Counted from the stretch's first letter, positions 1 through 10,069 are shown. The stretch is DNA of 64,000 nt from Waterburya sp. (GCA_965217895.1 CBDCJV010000002.1:608001-672000); one strand, 5' to 3'. Program-made: numbers and translations. Notes: generated by a model from the letters alone, not told the origin.

Positions 1-2
1 TT

Positions 3-980
3 AGACGGGGACTTCCTCCAGATATTCCTAAGACATTAAAAGAAAAACAAAACCAGTATCCTAATATTGAATTAGATCACTTGAGCAGCGATCGCCTTTG
101 GGAAATAGCTCGTAGTTTAACTGTTCAACAAAGAGCAGAAATATTAGGTCCGCCCATTGGTTACGAGCATCTATTTTTTACTTCTGACCTGACATCTACT
201 GAGTTGAGTGAAGTGATGAAAAAGTCATGGTTTATCCTTATCCAAGATAAGCTCATGACTATAGACTTCAGTTCTGTGGAAGAAGCCTTAAAGCCCGATA
301 TATCTTTTGGTTATCCGACAATCATTCGTCCCGAACTGGGGCAACTTCCTTGGACTGAAGCTGCGGAATATCAAAAACAAATAATTAATGAAGTAATAGA
401 AAAAAGCAAAGACATATCTCTGGCTAGATTTGCTGTTTTTAGCTTAACTCCAATTCCTTTAGGCATTCATTTAGGTTTTGTACTGTCTGACGGGATAAAA
501 GTTCGCTATTTTCAATACGATCGAGATCGCGGTTCGTGGCAATGGACAGAAGTTAAGTCAGAAGAAATTGATTGTAATATTCAAGTCTCAGGTCTTCCCG
601 AAAGGCTTGTTGAAGAAGAAACTGAAGCTGTCATTCGAGTATCTCTAAGCAACACCGTGTCGAAAAAGCAAACTGACACTATCGTCCCAAATTGTTCGGT
701 AGAAGTAGATATTTATGTAGACGATCCAGATGTAGCAGAGTGGCTGGTAAGTCCCCAACAGTTAACTCAGCTAGCAAAGGTATTTCGTAAAGTTCTCAAA
801 GCCATTCGTAATAATGTCCCCAACTGTGCGCGAATACATTTATTTGGCGCAGTGCCGACAGGAGCTTGTATTGTTATGGGACAAGCAATTAATCCCCGTA
901 TGAATGCACCTGTTGAACTGTATCAGTTTGATTCCAATAGCGATCCACAATATAAATGGGCATTGACTTTGAAGAACTAA
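3..980 (+). CDS. SAVED-domain effector protein (CBASS/Cap4-like); 5' end lies outside the window
   Basis: The frame is open from position 3 (RRGLPPDIPK...). SAVED-type motifs: FSLTPIPLGIHLGF, YFQYDRDRGSWQW, IHLFGAVPTGACIVMGQ. Confidence 0.8.
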   Translation, partial: RRGLPPDIPKTLKEKQNQYPNIELDHLSSDRLWEIARSLTVQQRAEILGPPIGYEHLFFTSDLTSTELSEVMKKSWFILIQDKLMTIDFSSVEEALKPDISFGYPTIIRPELGQLPWTEAAEYQKQIINEVIEKSKDISLARFAVFSLTPIPLGIHLGFVLSDGIKVRYFQYDRDRGSWQWTEVKSEEIDCNIQVSGLPERLVEEETEAVIRVSLSNTVSKKQTDTIVPNCSVEVDIYVDDPDVAEWLVSPQQLTQLAKVFRKVLKAIRNNVPNCARIHLFGAVPTGACIVMGQAINPRMNAPVELYQFDSNSDPQYKWALTLKN

Positions 981-990
981 ATCTTAGTTT

Positions 991-1306
991 TTAAGCTTGT
1001 CTGTAATCTTGGGCAATGGTCAAAGCATAACTAAAGCCGTCATTATTTTCGTAAACATGAATTTTAGGGTCTATCTTTGGTAGCAAAATACAGCCTATAC
1101 TTACAGCTACGGATAAAGGAATGGCAGGAAATAAATGAATTTCACAGTCATGACCGTGAGTTTCTCGAATTCTTCTCAATAAACTTCTCAGCATGAGTCA
1201 AATTATCTCGATACAATAGCTCATTGCATCCACGGAATTGACATCGCCCAGCAGATTTTGTCCATAATTTCTGTTTCACCTTTGCAGGAATGCTTGTTTT
1301 AGACAT
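991..1306 (-). pseudogene. HNH-SAVED (Cap5-like) effector with a large internal deletion
   Basis: N-terminus SIPAKVKQKLWTKSAGRCQFRGCN (HNH-SAVED start, GGAGGAG RBS) joins near 1190, out of frame, to the SAVED C-terminus IHLFPAIPLSVAVSIG...YALTI. Confidence 0.8.
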
Positions 1307-1428
1307 TTTTCTCCTCCGAATACCAAAGTTCACCAATTAATTCGCGTGTTAGGCTTTTCTGGCTCAGTTCCCAAGCTCTCAAACCTTCAATGCCCAAAAT
1401 GACAAAATGAAGACTATCACTATCAAAA
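1299..1428 (-). pseudogene. C-terminal remnant of a probable JAB/Cap3-like protein
   Basis: Manual translation gives FDSDSLHFVILGIEGLRAWELSQKSLTRELIGELWYSEEKNV*. Its stop overlaps the Cap5-like start (ATGTCTAA). Confidence 0.45.
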
Positions 1429-2158
1429 AAAAGAAAATGTTAGTATACCCATAATTGCCAGCCTTAATAGCTCTACTATCGGTGCTTAGGGTGATTATGC
1501 CAAAAAGATCGCACAGGCTGGGGCAGATGCGATCAAGTTAAATATCTATTCTATCCCCACTGATTTAACCATGAAGGGAGAACAGATAGAACAAAACTAT
1601 GTTGATATTGTTCGTGCCGTCACTAACTCGGTAAATCTTCCTGTAGCAGTTAAACTCAGTCCCTTCTTTAGCAACATGGCAAACATGGCAAAACGCCTCA
1701 GCGATGCGGGGGCTAGCGGATTGGTTTTGTTCAATCGTTTTTATCAAGCAGATATCGATCTTGTAACTCTCGAAGCCGAACCAAATTTACTGCTGAGTAC
1801 TTCTAGAGATAATCGTTTACCAATGCGCTGGATTGCCATTTTGTATGGAACTATTCCTGTTGACTTTGCAGCCACTAGCGGGATTCGCACTGCCCACGAT
1901 GTCATTAAAATGATGATGGTAGGGGCTGACGTTACCATGCTTGTCAGCGTCTTGTTGAGTCATGGTGTCGAACAGTTAGGCAAAATCGAAAAAGATTTAA
2001 TCGAATGGCTAGAAGTTAAAGAATACGAATCAATTTACCAATTGCAGGGCAGCATGAGTCAAATGAACTGTCCCGATCCCAGTATTTTTGAACGGGTGCA
2101 ATATCTCAAAGCGGTACAAACTTATTATCCTCGCTTGGGAATGGCATATAGGAGTTAG
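1427..2158 (+). pseudogene. Dihydroorotate dehydrogenase-like protein, 5'-truncated with an in-frame stop
   Basis: Upstream of ORF 1571 the frame reads [40 protein letters not shown] (TAG at 1487-1489). Motifs PVAVKLSPFF and VLFNRFYQ are present; the N-terminus is missing. Confidence 0.8.
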
Positions 2159-2182
2159 GCAGAAGGCAGGAGTTAGGAGTCA

Positions 2183-3356
2183 ATGAGCAAAAGAATTGGA
2201 ATTTTAACCAGTGGTGGAGATTGCCCTGGATTGAACGCAATTATCCGTGCTGTAGTTAAGTGCGCTAGCCAGAAAGGATGGGAAGTATACGGCATTCTCT
2301 ATGGTACGGAAGGTTTTTTAAGATTAGAAAATGGTAAGTGTCACTCAGAAGATTTAGAACTAAAAGAAAATGGCTATGATATGCCAGGATTCATTCACGG
2401 TATCGATATTCTGCAATTTCTTAGTGGCAGTATCTTAGGTTCTCTGAGCAAAGGAAATCCTGGAGACAAAGAAGTTGCCCGCACCATTGTCAAAGGCTAT
2501 AGAGATTTGAAACTAGATGCTCTTATTGCCGTAGGTGGAGACGGCAGCCTAGACATCATTTATGACCTAACACAGCAGGGAGACTGGAATATTGTCGCCA
2601 TCCCTAAAACTATCGATAACGATGTCCCCTTTACGGAAAGATCTGTGGGCTTTGATACAGCAGTAGATAAGGTAACTTCGGCACTCTACGATCTTACCTT
2701 CACCGCAGCCAGCCACGATCGCACGATGATCGTCGAAGTGATGGGGCGTAATGCGGGGCATCTGGCACTCTCATCAGGTATTGCTGGCGGTGCAGACATT
2801 ATTTTAATTCCCGAACTTGTATCCAAGATTGATCGGGATTTGATTACTGATATTTGCATTCACATTGCCAAGTTACGATCGCAGGGTCGTAAATTTGCCA
2901 TGATTGTTATTGCTGAAGGAGTAAAAAATTATGCAGGGGAGAGACAGAAGGGAATAGCAGACTATTTATCTCTGCAAATCGACAAGGTAAGCCACGAACT
3001 ATGTCTAACTGAAAAACCCGAATTTTGCGACCTCGACAAAATTGAAACGCGCAGCGAAGCCATGCCGTAGGCTTATCGCTAGTTTTGGGGCATATTCAGC
3101 GTAGCGGTATGCCTTCCTCTTACGACCCCGCTTGTTAGCTGCTACCTTTGCTAAAAAAGCGGTAGATCTAATTGCTGAAGAGAAATATAGCCAGCTAGTT
3201 GTTTGGCAAAACGGAGAAGTACAAATTCAGTCTTTGGATACAGTTGTCAAGCATATTAAACATCGCCATCAGTTAGGAGTCTGCCCTAATCCTGTAGATA
3301 CAAATGGGTTCTTGGTTCAAACAGCGCGATCGCTCGGTGTTTATTTAGGAGTTTAG
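2183..3356 (+). pseudogene. pfkA: ATP-dependent 6-phosphofructokinase, disrupted
   Basis: Motifs [34 protein letters not shown] 23-nt insertion at 3052-3074 gives a stop and frameshift; a further +2 shift lies at about 3126-3129. Confidence 0.85.
3049..3079 (+). mobile_element. 23-nt short dispersed repeat inserted into HIP1 (GCG^ATCGC)
   Basis: GCG-CAGCGAAGCCATGCCGTAGGCTT-ATCGC; removing the insert restores IETRSLVLGHIQR. Near-identical to the copy at 17423-17446. Confidence 0.85.
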
Positions 3357-3680
3357 TAATCTTGTCTTTGGGCTTTTAAGATTAGGGCAATTGTCTTTGT
3401 TAATACCTCGTTTACCGCCAGCAAAAATATCTGGTATATTATATAACGGTGAATTTCACCTAAACAGAATTATTGGCACCAAAAAATTATAGAATTCGGA
3501 AAACCAACTTATATTGAAACAAAAGCCAATTATTGCGATTGTTTACCAGCTAAGAAAAAACAATTTTTGTCTAACAAAAAAATAAGCCTATTTATTTTGA
3601 TTTATGGGGTAATACGGATGTTGAGCCGAGTATTAAGAGGATAAAAAGGAGTATAACAATACACATATATAATATTCCTG

Positions 3681-5654
3681 ATGACTCTAGAGCCTCGCTA
3701 CCTTACAAAATCATTATTTGCTTTAGCTTGTAAATGTCCTACGAAACTTTATTACACTAATAAAAAAGACGAGTATCCAAATACAAAACTAGAAGATCCT
3801 TTTCTTAAAGGACTTGCTGAAGGAGGTTTGCAGGTTGCTGCACTTGCAAAGCAATATTACCTAGAAGGAAAAGAGATAAAAACCCTTAACTATGAAGAAG
3901 CATTAGAAGAGACAAATCATTATTTACAGAAAGAAAAAGTAATTATTTTTGAAGCTGCTATTCGACACCAAAATCTCTTTATAAGAGCAGATATTCTAGT
4001 AAAGGATGGTGACTGTATTGAACTCATTGAGGTCAAAGCAAAATCGTATGACAGTAATAAACCTCAAGACTTTTTAACCAAGAAAGGTGATGTGTCCGCA
4101 AGGTGGTATCCCTATCTTCAAGATATCGCGTTTCAAACCTATGTCTTCCAGCAAGCTTTTCCCTATTTCCGCATAGAGCCTTATCTTCTTCTAGCTGATA
4201 AAAGAACACAATGTCTTACTGACGGACTCAATCAAAAATTCTTATTGAAGCAAGGAGATGGCGATCGCAAAGTGATGGTAGTGACCTCACCGCTTACTCA
4301 GGTAGAAAGATCGCAAAAGATTCTAGCCAAAGTATCTGTTGACGAAGCGATTCAAGTAATCTTCAAAAATAAAGACAAAAATTCAGGTAAGACATTTCAA
4401 GAGATTGTCGATCAATTTTCCACAGCTTACAAAGAAAATCAAAGGATTTGGTCTCCTGTTAGCAAAGAGTGTGCAAATTGTGAATTTAAAGTAAATCTCG
4501 ATGAAGAAAAACAAGGCTATAAAAGTGGATTTAAAGAATGTTGGTCTCATCATTTGAATTGGCAAGAAATAGATTTTAAAGAACCGACAATTCTGGAGCT
4601 TTGGAATTATCGAAAAAAGGATGAGCTTATTGCAACAGGAGTATGTAAGCTTTCTGACGTTACCAAGGATATGCTTAACGTAAAAAAGGACGGCAAACCA
4701 GGAATGTCAACCTCAGAAAGACAGATGCAGCAGGTGTATAAAGTAAAAACTAAGGATAATAAACCAGAAATCGACCTAAAAGGGTTACAAGCAGAAATTA
4801 AAAAACTTACCTTTCCGCTACACTTTATTGACTTTGAGACTATCCAACCTGCTATTCCCTTTCACAAAGGAAGATGTCCATACGAGGCAATTGCATTTCA
4901 GTTTTCCCATCATCAAATGGAGTCAGATGGAACTGTGACTCACAAGGGAGAATATCTAAATACTGAGACTTTTCCTAACTATAAGTTTATACGTCAACTT
5001 AAAGACCAATTAATGCAAGATCGAGGCTCGATTTTTCGCTATTCTAATCACGAAAATACTTATCTAAATTACATTTATACTCAACTTGAAGAAGATCTAA
5101 ATCCTCCAGACGATGTACAGGATCTTCAAGATTTCATTAAGCGTATCTCCAAGTCTTCTAGTAATAGAAAAAAAGAAAATTCCTGGACAGGAGATCGCAA
5201 TATGATAGATCTCCTTGAATGGGTGAAGCGTTATTATTATGATCCTCGCACAAATGGATCGAACTCAATTAAGTATGTTCTTCCCGCGATACTCAATTCA
5301 TCTTCTTACCTTCAAGAACGCTACTCTCAGCCCAATTATGGCAAGACTAGTCGTATTAAAGGTTCTAACTTTGAGAATTTTCAGTGGGTACAATATGAAA
5401 ATAATGTAATCAAAGATCCTTACAAATTACTTCCTAATCTCTTCACAAATATCTCTGAGAAAGAACATATATTACTGACTCAAGAAGATGAAATCAATAA
5501 CGGTTCAGCAGCCCTTACTGCTTATGCAAAAATACAATCTACTAAGATAGATACGGAAGAGCGTACTGCACTCGAAGCTGGCTTATTACGATACTGTGAA
5601 TTAGATACATTAGCTATGGTCATGATATTTGAGGGTTGGAAAAATTGGGAATAG
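3681..5654 (+). CDS. DUF2779-family protein: Cas4/RecB-like PD-(D/E)XK nuclease plus RNase H/DEDD-like domain
   Basis: Motifs RADIL..IELIEVKAK..QDIAFQTY and CANC; C-terminal FIDFET...FQFSHH...YCELDTLAM. Confidence 0.75.
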   Translation: MTLEPRYLTKSLFALACKCPTKLYYTNKKDEYPNTKLEDPFLKGLAEGGLQVAALAKQYYLEGKEIKTLNYEEALEETNHYLQKEKVIIFEAAIRHQNLFIRADILVKDGDCIELIEVKAKSYDSNKPQDFLTKKGDVSARWYPYLQDIAFQTYVFQQAFPYFRIEPYLLLADKRTQCLTDGLNQKFLLKQGDGDRKVMVVTSPLTQVERSQKILAKVSVDEAIQVIFKNKDKNSGKTFQEIVDQFSTAYKENQRIWSPVSKECANCEFKVNLDEEKQGYKSGFKECWSHHLNWQEIDFKEPTILELWNYRKKDELIATGVCKLSDVTKDMLNVKKDGKPGMSTSERQMQQVYKVKTKDNKPEIDLKGLQAEIKKLTFPLHFIDFETIQPAIPFHKGRCPYEAIAFQFSHHQMESDGTVTHKGEYLNTETFPNYKFIRQLKDQLMQDRGSIFRYSNHENTYLNYIYTQLEEDLNPPDDVQDLQDFIKRISKSSSNRKKENSWTGDRNMIDLLEWVKRYYYDPRTNGSNSIKYVLPAILNSSSYLQERYSQPNYGKTSRIKGSNFENFQWVQYENNVIKDPYKLLPNLFTNISEKEHILLTQEDEINNGSAALTAYAKIQSTKIDTEERTALEAGLLRYCELDTLAMVMIFEGWKNWE

Positions 5655-5853
5655 CAAACGAAAATGCAGACCACCTAGCAAATGTCAGATAATTTATAAG
5701 TTATTGGACAGCTAAATCACTCCTATTTTTAGTGCTTCAAAAATAGTTTTTTGGTTATTATTAAAATGGCAATGCCTTGAGATTGACTCATAAGTCAGTT
5801 CGCAACTCATATTTTCATTAGTTGATTAAAGCTTTTTGTGTAATTGCGTTCAT

Positions 5854-6315
5854 CTATTTCACAGTGGCAATTTGATGATCGCGACTACCAACCTTCAGCC
5901 ATTGATAAGAAACAATATTTAGCAAAATGCCAACCAAAAATAATAGCAGCATCAAAAATATTTGATACCAGGCAATTGGATCGACTATTAAGTCGGCAAC
6001 TAGGTGAACAAAATTCAGAACAGAATATAACACCGTGAAGCCAAAATGAAATACTCGCCAGCGTTTGAATTTATAAAAAGCTGTAGCGATGATAGCTAGC
6101 ATTGGTAAAATAAAAAACAATAGCATTCCCCATAAAATTGGAGTTATCTCGGCTATGGTAGCGGTTGATTGATGAATATGACGCATCATTGCTACATCAA
6201 TACCATGAAATAAAGGTATTAAAGCTAGCTGTGTATGAAATAACGTACCGAGTAGAAATACTACCCACAAAGCAATGATTTTTTCCTGGTAACTAATTGT
6301 ATTAATTTTAGTCAT
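5854..6315 (-). CDS. Conserved membrane protein (about 4 TM)
   Basis: Hydrophobic ORF with an RBS, directly downstream of the usp gene. Confidence 0.7.
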   Translation of the reverse strand: MTKINTISYQEKIIALWVVFLLGTLFHTQLALIPLFHGIDVAMMRHIHQSTATIAEITPILWGMLLFFILPMLAIIATAFYKFKRWRVFHFGFTVLYSVLNFVHLVADLIVDPIAWYQIFLMLLLFLVGILLNIVSYQWLKVGSRDHQIATVK

Positions 6316-6332
6316 CTCGATCCTCTCAACAA

Positions 6333-6857
6333 CTAAATATTTACGTGGCTAATATCGGAAAGAACTTCGGCTTCTACTCTAATTGCGCCCTGGACTACCA
6401 AAACCGAACAAGGAGCATGATGAATTACATAGTTACTCACGCTACCCAAAAACATTTCTGAAATATTTTTCTGACCCCGACGACCGATGACTACAAGATC
6501 GGCATTCCAGTCCCTAGCGTGATCGCCAATTCCCAAATTGCAGCTTCCTATATGGCATTCATGCTTACAGTCGATGCCAAGTTTGTGAGCTTTCTTGACC
6601 AATGTTTCTAGCCAATCATTAACTGTATCTACTTCTTGTCTGAGTCGTTGGCGACTCCAATCGTAACGTTCTCCCGATAGATCGACATCGTACAGAGTAC
6701 CAATTCCAATCCAGGGTGATACATCCTGCATTGTCCAATCAACAAAATGTACTAAAAGCATTTCAGTTGTTCCAGATTCGGCCAAGGAAAAGGCAGAATC
6801 TAGAACTGTTGCTGCTTCTGATGAACGATCTAGTGCGACTAATATTTTTTTAAACAT
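6333..6857 (-). CDS. Universal stress protein (UspA family)
   Basis: MFKKILVALD...DLVVIGRRG...FLGSVSNYVIHHAPCSVLVV. Confidence 0.93.
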   Translation of the reverse strand: MFKKILVALDRSSEAATVLDSAFSLAESGTTEMLLVHFVDWTMQDVSPWIGIGTLYDVDLSGERYDWSRQRLRQEVDTVNDWLETLVKKAHKLGIDCKHECHIGSCNLGIGDHARDWNADLVVIGRRGQKNISEMFLGSVSNYVIHHAPCSVLVVQGAIRVEAEVLSDISHVNI

Positions 6858-7001
6858 AATTTCTCCATGAAGTCAGGGGTCAGAAGGCAGCCCTAAAGGA
6901 TTCCCTTCGGTCAAGGCAGGGGGCAGGAGTCAGAAGTTAGAAGGGAGAAGTTTTGAACATAAACAACCAATAACTAACAACCAACAACTACTCACTAACA
7001 A

Positions 7002-8549
7002 CTATCTACTAAACATCAACTGCCGATTCCGAATTGTCTGTCCTGTCAACAATTCCGCTACATCCATACCGTTACTAATCACCCCAGGAACGCTAGGATA
7101 GCCAGCAGTTGCCCCAACTAAGAATAGATTAGGCAATTCGGTTTTATAACCTAAGCGGTTTAAACCAATCTGTTTGGGAATTAATTTTGCGCCATACATA
7201 TTGCCTTCTGGCTGACCTAAGAAATGTTCGCTAGTTGTGGGGGTGCCAAATATTTTCATCCGAATATGTTTGTCAATATCGAGGATTAAATCTTGCACGC
7301 TGGTCATTAAATCTCGATACACGGCTCGTTTTTGAGCTTTGTAAGCTTTCTCGTCCGTTCTGTGGAGTTTCTTAAATGGCTCGTAAGGACATATAGTCGT
7401 AATCTCTAGAACATGATTTCCATTGGGTGCCATGCCTGGTTCGCGAGATTTTAGGGTAGGACAAGATAGGAAGATCCAAGGATGTTCTAGATTTCCTTTG
7501 AGTTGCTGTTGATAAGCCTGATTAAGATTGCCATTGGGATAATACCAAATATTCCAATTACCGATGCCATAATCGGCAGGATTGAAGTCAGAATCTAAAC
7601 CAAGATAAATATTGAAAGCACTGGCAGAATATTCATAATTAGTTAAGCGATCGCATTCTTGTTTGCTAAGTGCCAAAGAATCGTGCATTAATTTTACAGT
7701 GAGCTTGGGGTCAAGATCGCTGATGTAGGCATTATCTGCTTGATAAGTTTTTGCTCCTGCATAAACACCGACTACTCGACCGTTCTCCACTTCGATATGC
7801 TGTACTGGGGTGGAGAACTCAACCACGCCACCACCTTCAGTAATTACAGAGACAATGCTATCGACGAGATGTTTAAAATGATGTCGGGGATAGTAAGCAC
7901 CCTCTGAATAATCAAATACTAATGATGTATGAGTAATCAGGGCTATTTCCGCAGGAGGTAAACCATAGTCACCGCTTTGTCCTGCTAGAAGTGCCTGTAG
8001 CTTAGGCGATAATCCTGCATTATCGTAAAGATCTTGTAATGTCCAATTCCGTCTGGTAAACAGATGCCAATACTTTGGTAAAGACAGCCAATCTGACCAA
8101 TCAAGGTCGTACCAATTTACTTCTTGGGTTAGCTGTTTTATTTCCTTATGAAGCTGCTTGATCTCGTCACAGTAGTGATTGATGCCCCAGGCTTCTTCGG
8201 GAAAAGTAGCTATGAGGCGATCGCGAAATTTCTCCCAATCGAGGGGAATCCGAAAATCAACTTCTGGAGTAATTACCCTGTCAATACAGTCTGGGTTAAG
8301 AGAATTGAAGGGAACATCGCGATCGATATAATCTAAAAACTGCTTAACAGTTTGTCCTTCCCCACATTGATAAATATAGTGAACATCGGCACAAAAGTTA
8401 TAGTCGCCGTAACTAAAAGTGTGACAGCAACCACCAGGAAGGTAATGCTGCTCTAAGACTGCCACTCGATATCCTTGGCGAGTCAAACAGGCGGCTGTGG
8501 AGAGTCCACCTAAACCCGCACCCAAAATTACATAATCAAAATTTTCCAC
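7002..8549 (-). CDS. FAD-dependent oxidoreductase, phytoene desaturase/CrtI-like family
   Basis: GAGLGGL Rossmann motif, LEQHYLPGGCCHTF, C-terminal LPNLFLVG. Confidence 0.8.
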   Translation of the reverse strand: MENFDYVILGAGLGGLSTAACLTRQGYRVAVLEQHYLPGGCCHTFSYGDYNFCADVHYIYQCGEGQTVKQFLDYIDRDVPFNSLNPDCIDRVITPEVDFRIPLDWEKFRDRLIATFPEEAWGINHYCDEIKQLHKEIKQLTQEVNWYDLDWSDWLSLPKYWHLFTRRNWTLQDLYDNAGLSPKLQALLAGQSGDYGLPPAEIALITHTSLVFDYSEGAYYPRHHFKHLVDSIVSVITEGGGVVEFSTPVQHIEVENGRVVGVYAGAKTYQADNAYISDLDPKLTVKLMHDSLALSKQECDRLTNYEYSASAFNIYLGLDSDFNPADYGIGNWNIWYYPNGNLNQAYQQQLKGNLEHPWIFLSCPTLKSREPGMAPNGNHVLEITTICPYEPFKKLHRTDEKAYKAQKRAVYRDLMTSVQDLILDIDKHIRMKIFGTPTTSEHFLGQPEGNMYGAKLIPKQIGLNRLGYKTELPNLFLVGATAGYPSVPGVISNGMDVAELLTGQTIRNRQLMFSR

Positions 8550-8626
8550 AATACTATACTACTCCTTTGGATTAATAGCCGATCCCGACTCCTGACTCCT
8601 GACTACATGCGGACAAGTCCTTCTTA

Positions 8627-8727
8627 CGAAGTTTGCTCAACGGGGGGAACCCCCCCTAAAGGATTCAGCAGTTTGCTCAAGTCGGGGAACTCGCCCAACG
8701 CAACTGCTTCACCGCAACGCAACTTCG
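8627..8727. repeat. Nested short dispersed hairpin repeats
   Basis: The outer element GAAGTTTGCTCAACGGGGGGAACCCC..CGCAACGCAACTTCG is interrupted by CCCTAAAGGATTC (also at 6891-6903) and a related inner copy AGCAGTTTGCTCAAGTCGGGGAACTCGCCCAACGCAACTGCT. Confidence 0.7.
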
Positions 8728-8747
8728 CGCTTTGTGACTTCTGACTT

Positions 8748-9248
8748 TTAATTCCGAATACTTCCATCAGGCATAACTGTTTGATAAAATCTAGCTCCAG
8801 TAAAATTCACTCCATCTAAGTTGGCATCTTTAAAATTTGCAAAGCGCAAGTTTGCCCATACTAGTTGTGCATCCTGCAAGTTGGCATTTTTAAGATTTGC
8901 GCTACTTAAATTGGCATGGTTTAAGACAGCATGATCGAGATTAGCCTTCTCTAAATTTGCTTCAATCAAACTAGCTCGATATAAATGTGCGTGGCTTAGA
9001 TTTGCAGCATAGAGGATAGCTCGGTTTAAATATGCTCGTTCAAAATTAGTCCTACTTAAAATAGCTCGGTTCAAGTAAGCGTCGCTGAGATTAATGCTTG
9101 CTAAATACGTCTTATGTAGACATACATTTTGTAGGTAAGAATGAGAAAAGTCTCTTCTGCTTTCTAAGTAAGCTTCTTTTAGCAGCTCTGCCTTCATTAC
9201 AGTATGGTGTCGGTCTGATTCAACGTTAGTGATTGTTACTTTTATCAT
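8748..9248 (-). CDS. Pentapeptide repeat protein
   Basis: A(N/D)Lxx repeats and a C-terminal MPDG. Confidence 0.9.
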   Translation of the reverse strand: MIKVTITNVESDRHHTVMKAELLKEAYLESRRDFSHSYLQNVCLHKTYLASINLSDAYLNRAILSRTNFERAYLNRAILYAANLSHAHLYRASLIEANLEKANLDHAVLNHANLSSANLKNANLQDAQLVWANLRFANFKDANLDGVNFTGARFYQTVMPDGSIRN

Positions 9249-9262
9249 TGATTTTTACCTCT

Positions 9263-9484
9263 CTAATCTTGCGACCATTCGTCATGAGCCAATAGATCGC
9301 AAATATGGTCTCTTAATAAATAATCACTTCTTTCTAATTCGCATTCGGCATAGAGCCATTCCCTAGGAGGAATAAACTCGCATAGAACCTGAATTTGCTG
9401 ATGAATATCGATCTTGCCTATTTCGACTAGATGGCGAGCTTCATCTTTAATTTCGTCTATGGAATAGTTGACGGTAGTAAACAT
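9263..9484 (-). CDS. DUF4327 family small protein
   Basis: YSIDEIKDEARHLV...EW...ECELERSDYLLRD.I.DL pattern. Confidence 0.8.
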   Translation of the reverse strand: MFTTVNYSIDEIKDEARHLVEIGKIDIHQQIQVLCEFIPPREWLYAECELERSDYLLRDHICDLLAHDEWSQD

Positions 9485-9518
9485 GATTTACCTCACTACT
9501 TAATTCGATTTCAATCTC

Positions 9519-9550
9519 AAGCTAGACAATTAGTTTGAGGAAGTTGTGAG
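9519..9550 (-). promoter_or_regulatory. CTCACAA-N4-CTCAA box with -10 (copy 1)
   Basis: CTCACAACTTCCTCAAA-N9-TAGCTT. Confidence 0.7.
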
Positions 9551-9594
9551 AACTCAACAGAAGATCGAGCTTACGAGAGTTAGTTTTTAGGCAT

Positions 9595-9831
9595 CTACTC
9601 AGCACTCTTATCTATTTGCTGAATATAGTCTAGGGTCTGTTGAGCCTCATTTTCGTTAATAATGCTCAAAGCAAAACCAGCATGAACAATCACATAGTCA
9701 TCGATCTGTGCTTGGGGAACATATGCTAGGCTGACCTGTTTTATCAATCCGCCAAAGCTAACTCTACCCATTCTTAGTAAAGGTTCATCGCTATTAGTGG
9801 AGATAATTTTTCCAGGTACAGCCAAACACAT
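9595..9831 (-). CDS. hypC: Hydrogenase maturation chaperone HypC/HupF
   Basis: MCLAVPGKI...YVIVHAGFA. Confidence 0.93.
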   Translation of the reverse strand: MCLAVPGKIISTNSDEPLLRMGRVSFGGLIKQVSLAYVPQAQIDDYVIVHAGFALSIINENEAQQTLDYIQQIDKSAE

Positions 9832-9850
9832 AATTTGTTGCCCAATTTAA

Positions 9851-10069
9851 TCAATTATCCAAAAGGTCGCCAATTGAGTTGGCAATCGGCGAATAGCCAT
9901 TTGATTCTATTTCGCATTCAACTAATTCCCATTCACCTGCTGAAAAGAATTGGCTGAGATTATAGATAGCTTGTTCGCGGTTTAGGCTGTGAATATCAAC
10001 TAAGTGACGAACTTCTTTTCTAATTTCTTTAATGGAAGTATCTGTTTTGAAAGTCATCATGTACCTCAC
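9851..10069 (-). CDS. DUF4327 family small protein (paralog)
   Basis: SIKEIRKEVRHLV...EWELVECEIE...IGDL, similar to 9263-9484. Confidence 0.7.
   Translation of the reverse strand: MRYMMTFKTDTSIKEIRKEVRHLVDIHSLNREQAIYNLSQFFSAGEWELVECEIESNGYSPIANSIGDLLDN

Noticed and set aside
5775..5820. CTCATA repeats as a fourth ATGAG-box promoter
   Set aside because: The spacing does not match the 12/9 pattern and no suitably oriented gene start follows.
6865..7000. Heptamer tandem repeats (also near 12120, 15650, 18310, 48280, 54700) as a possible CRISPR array
   Set aside because: These are 7-nt STRR-type units with no unique spacers and no cas genes.
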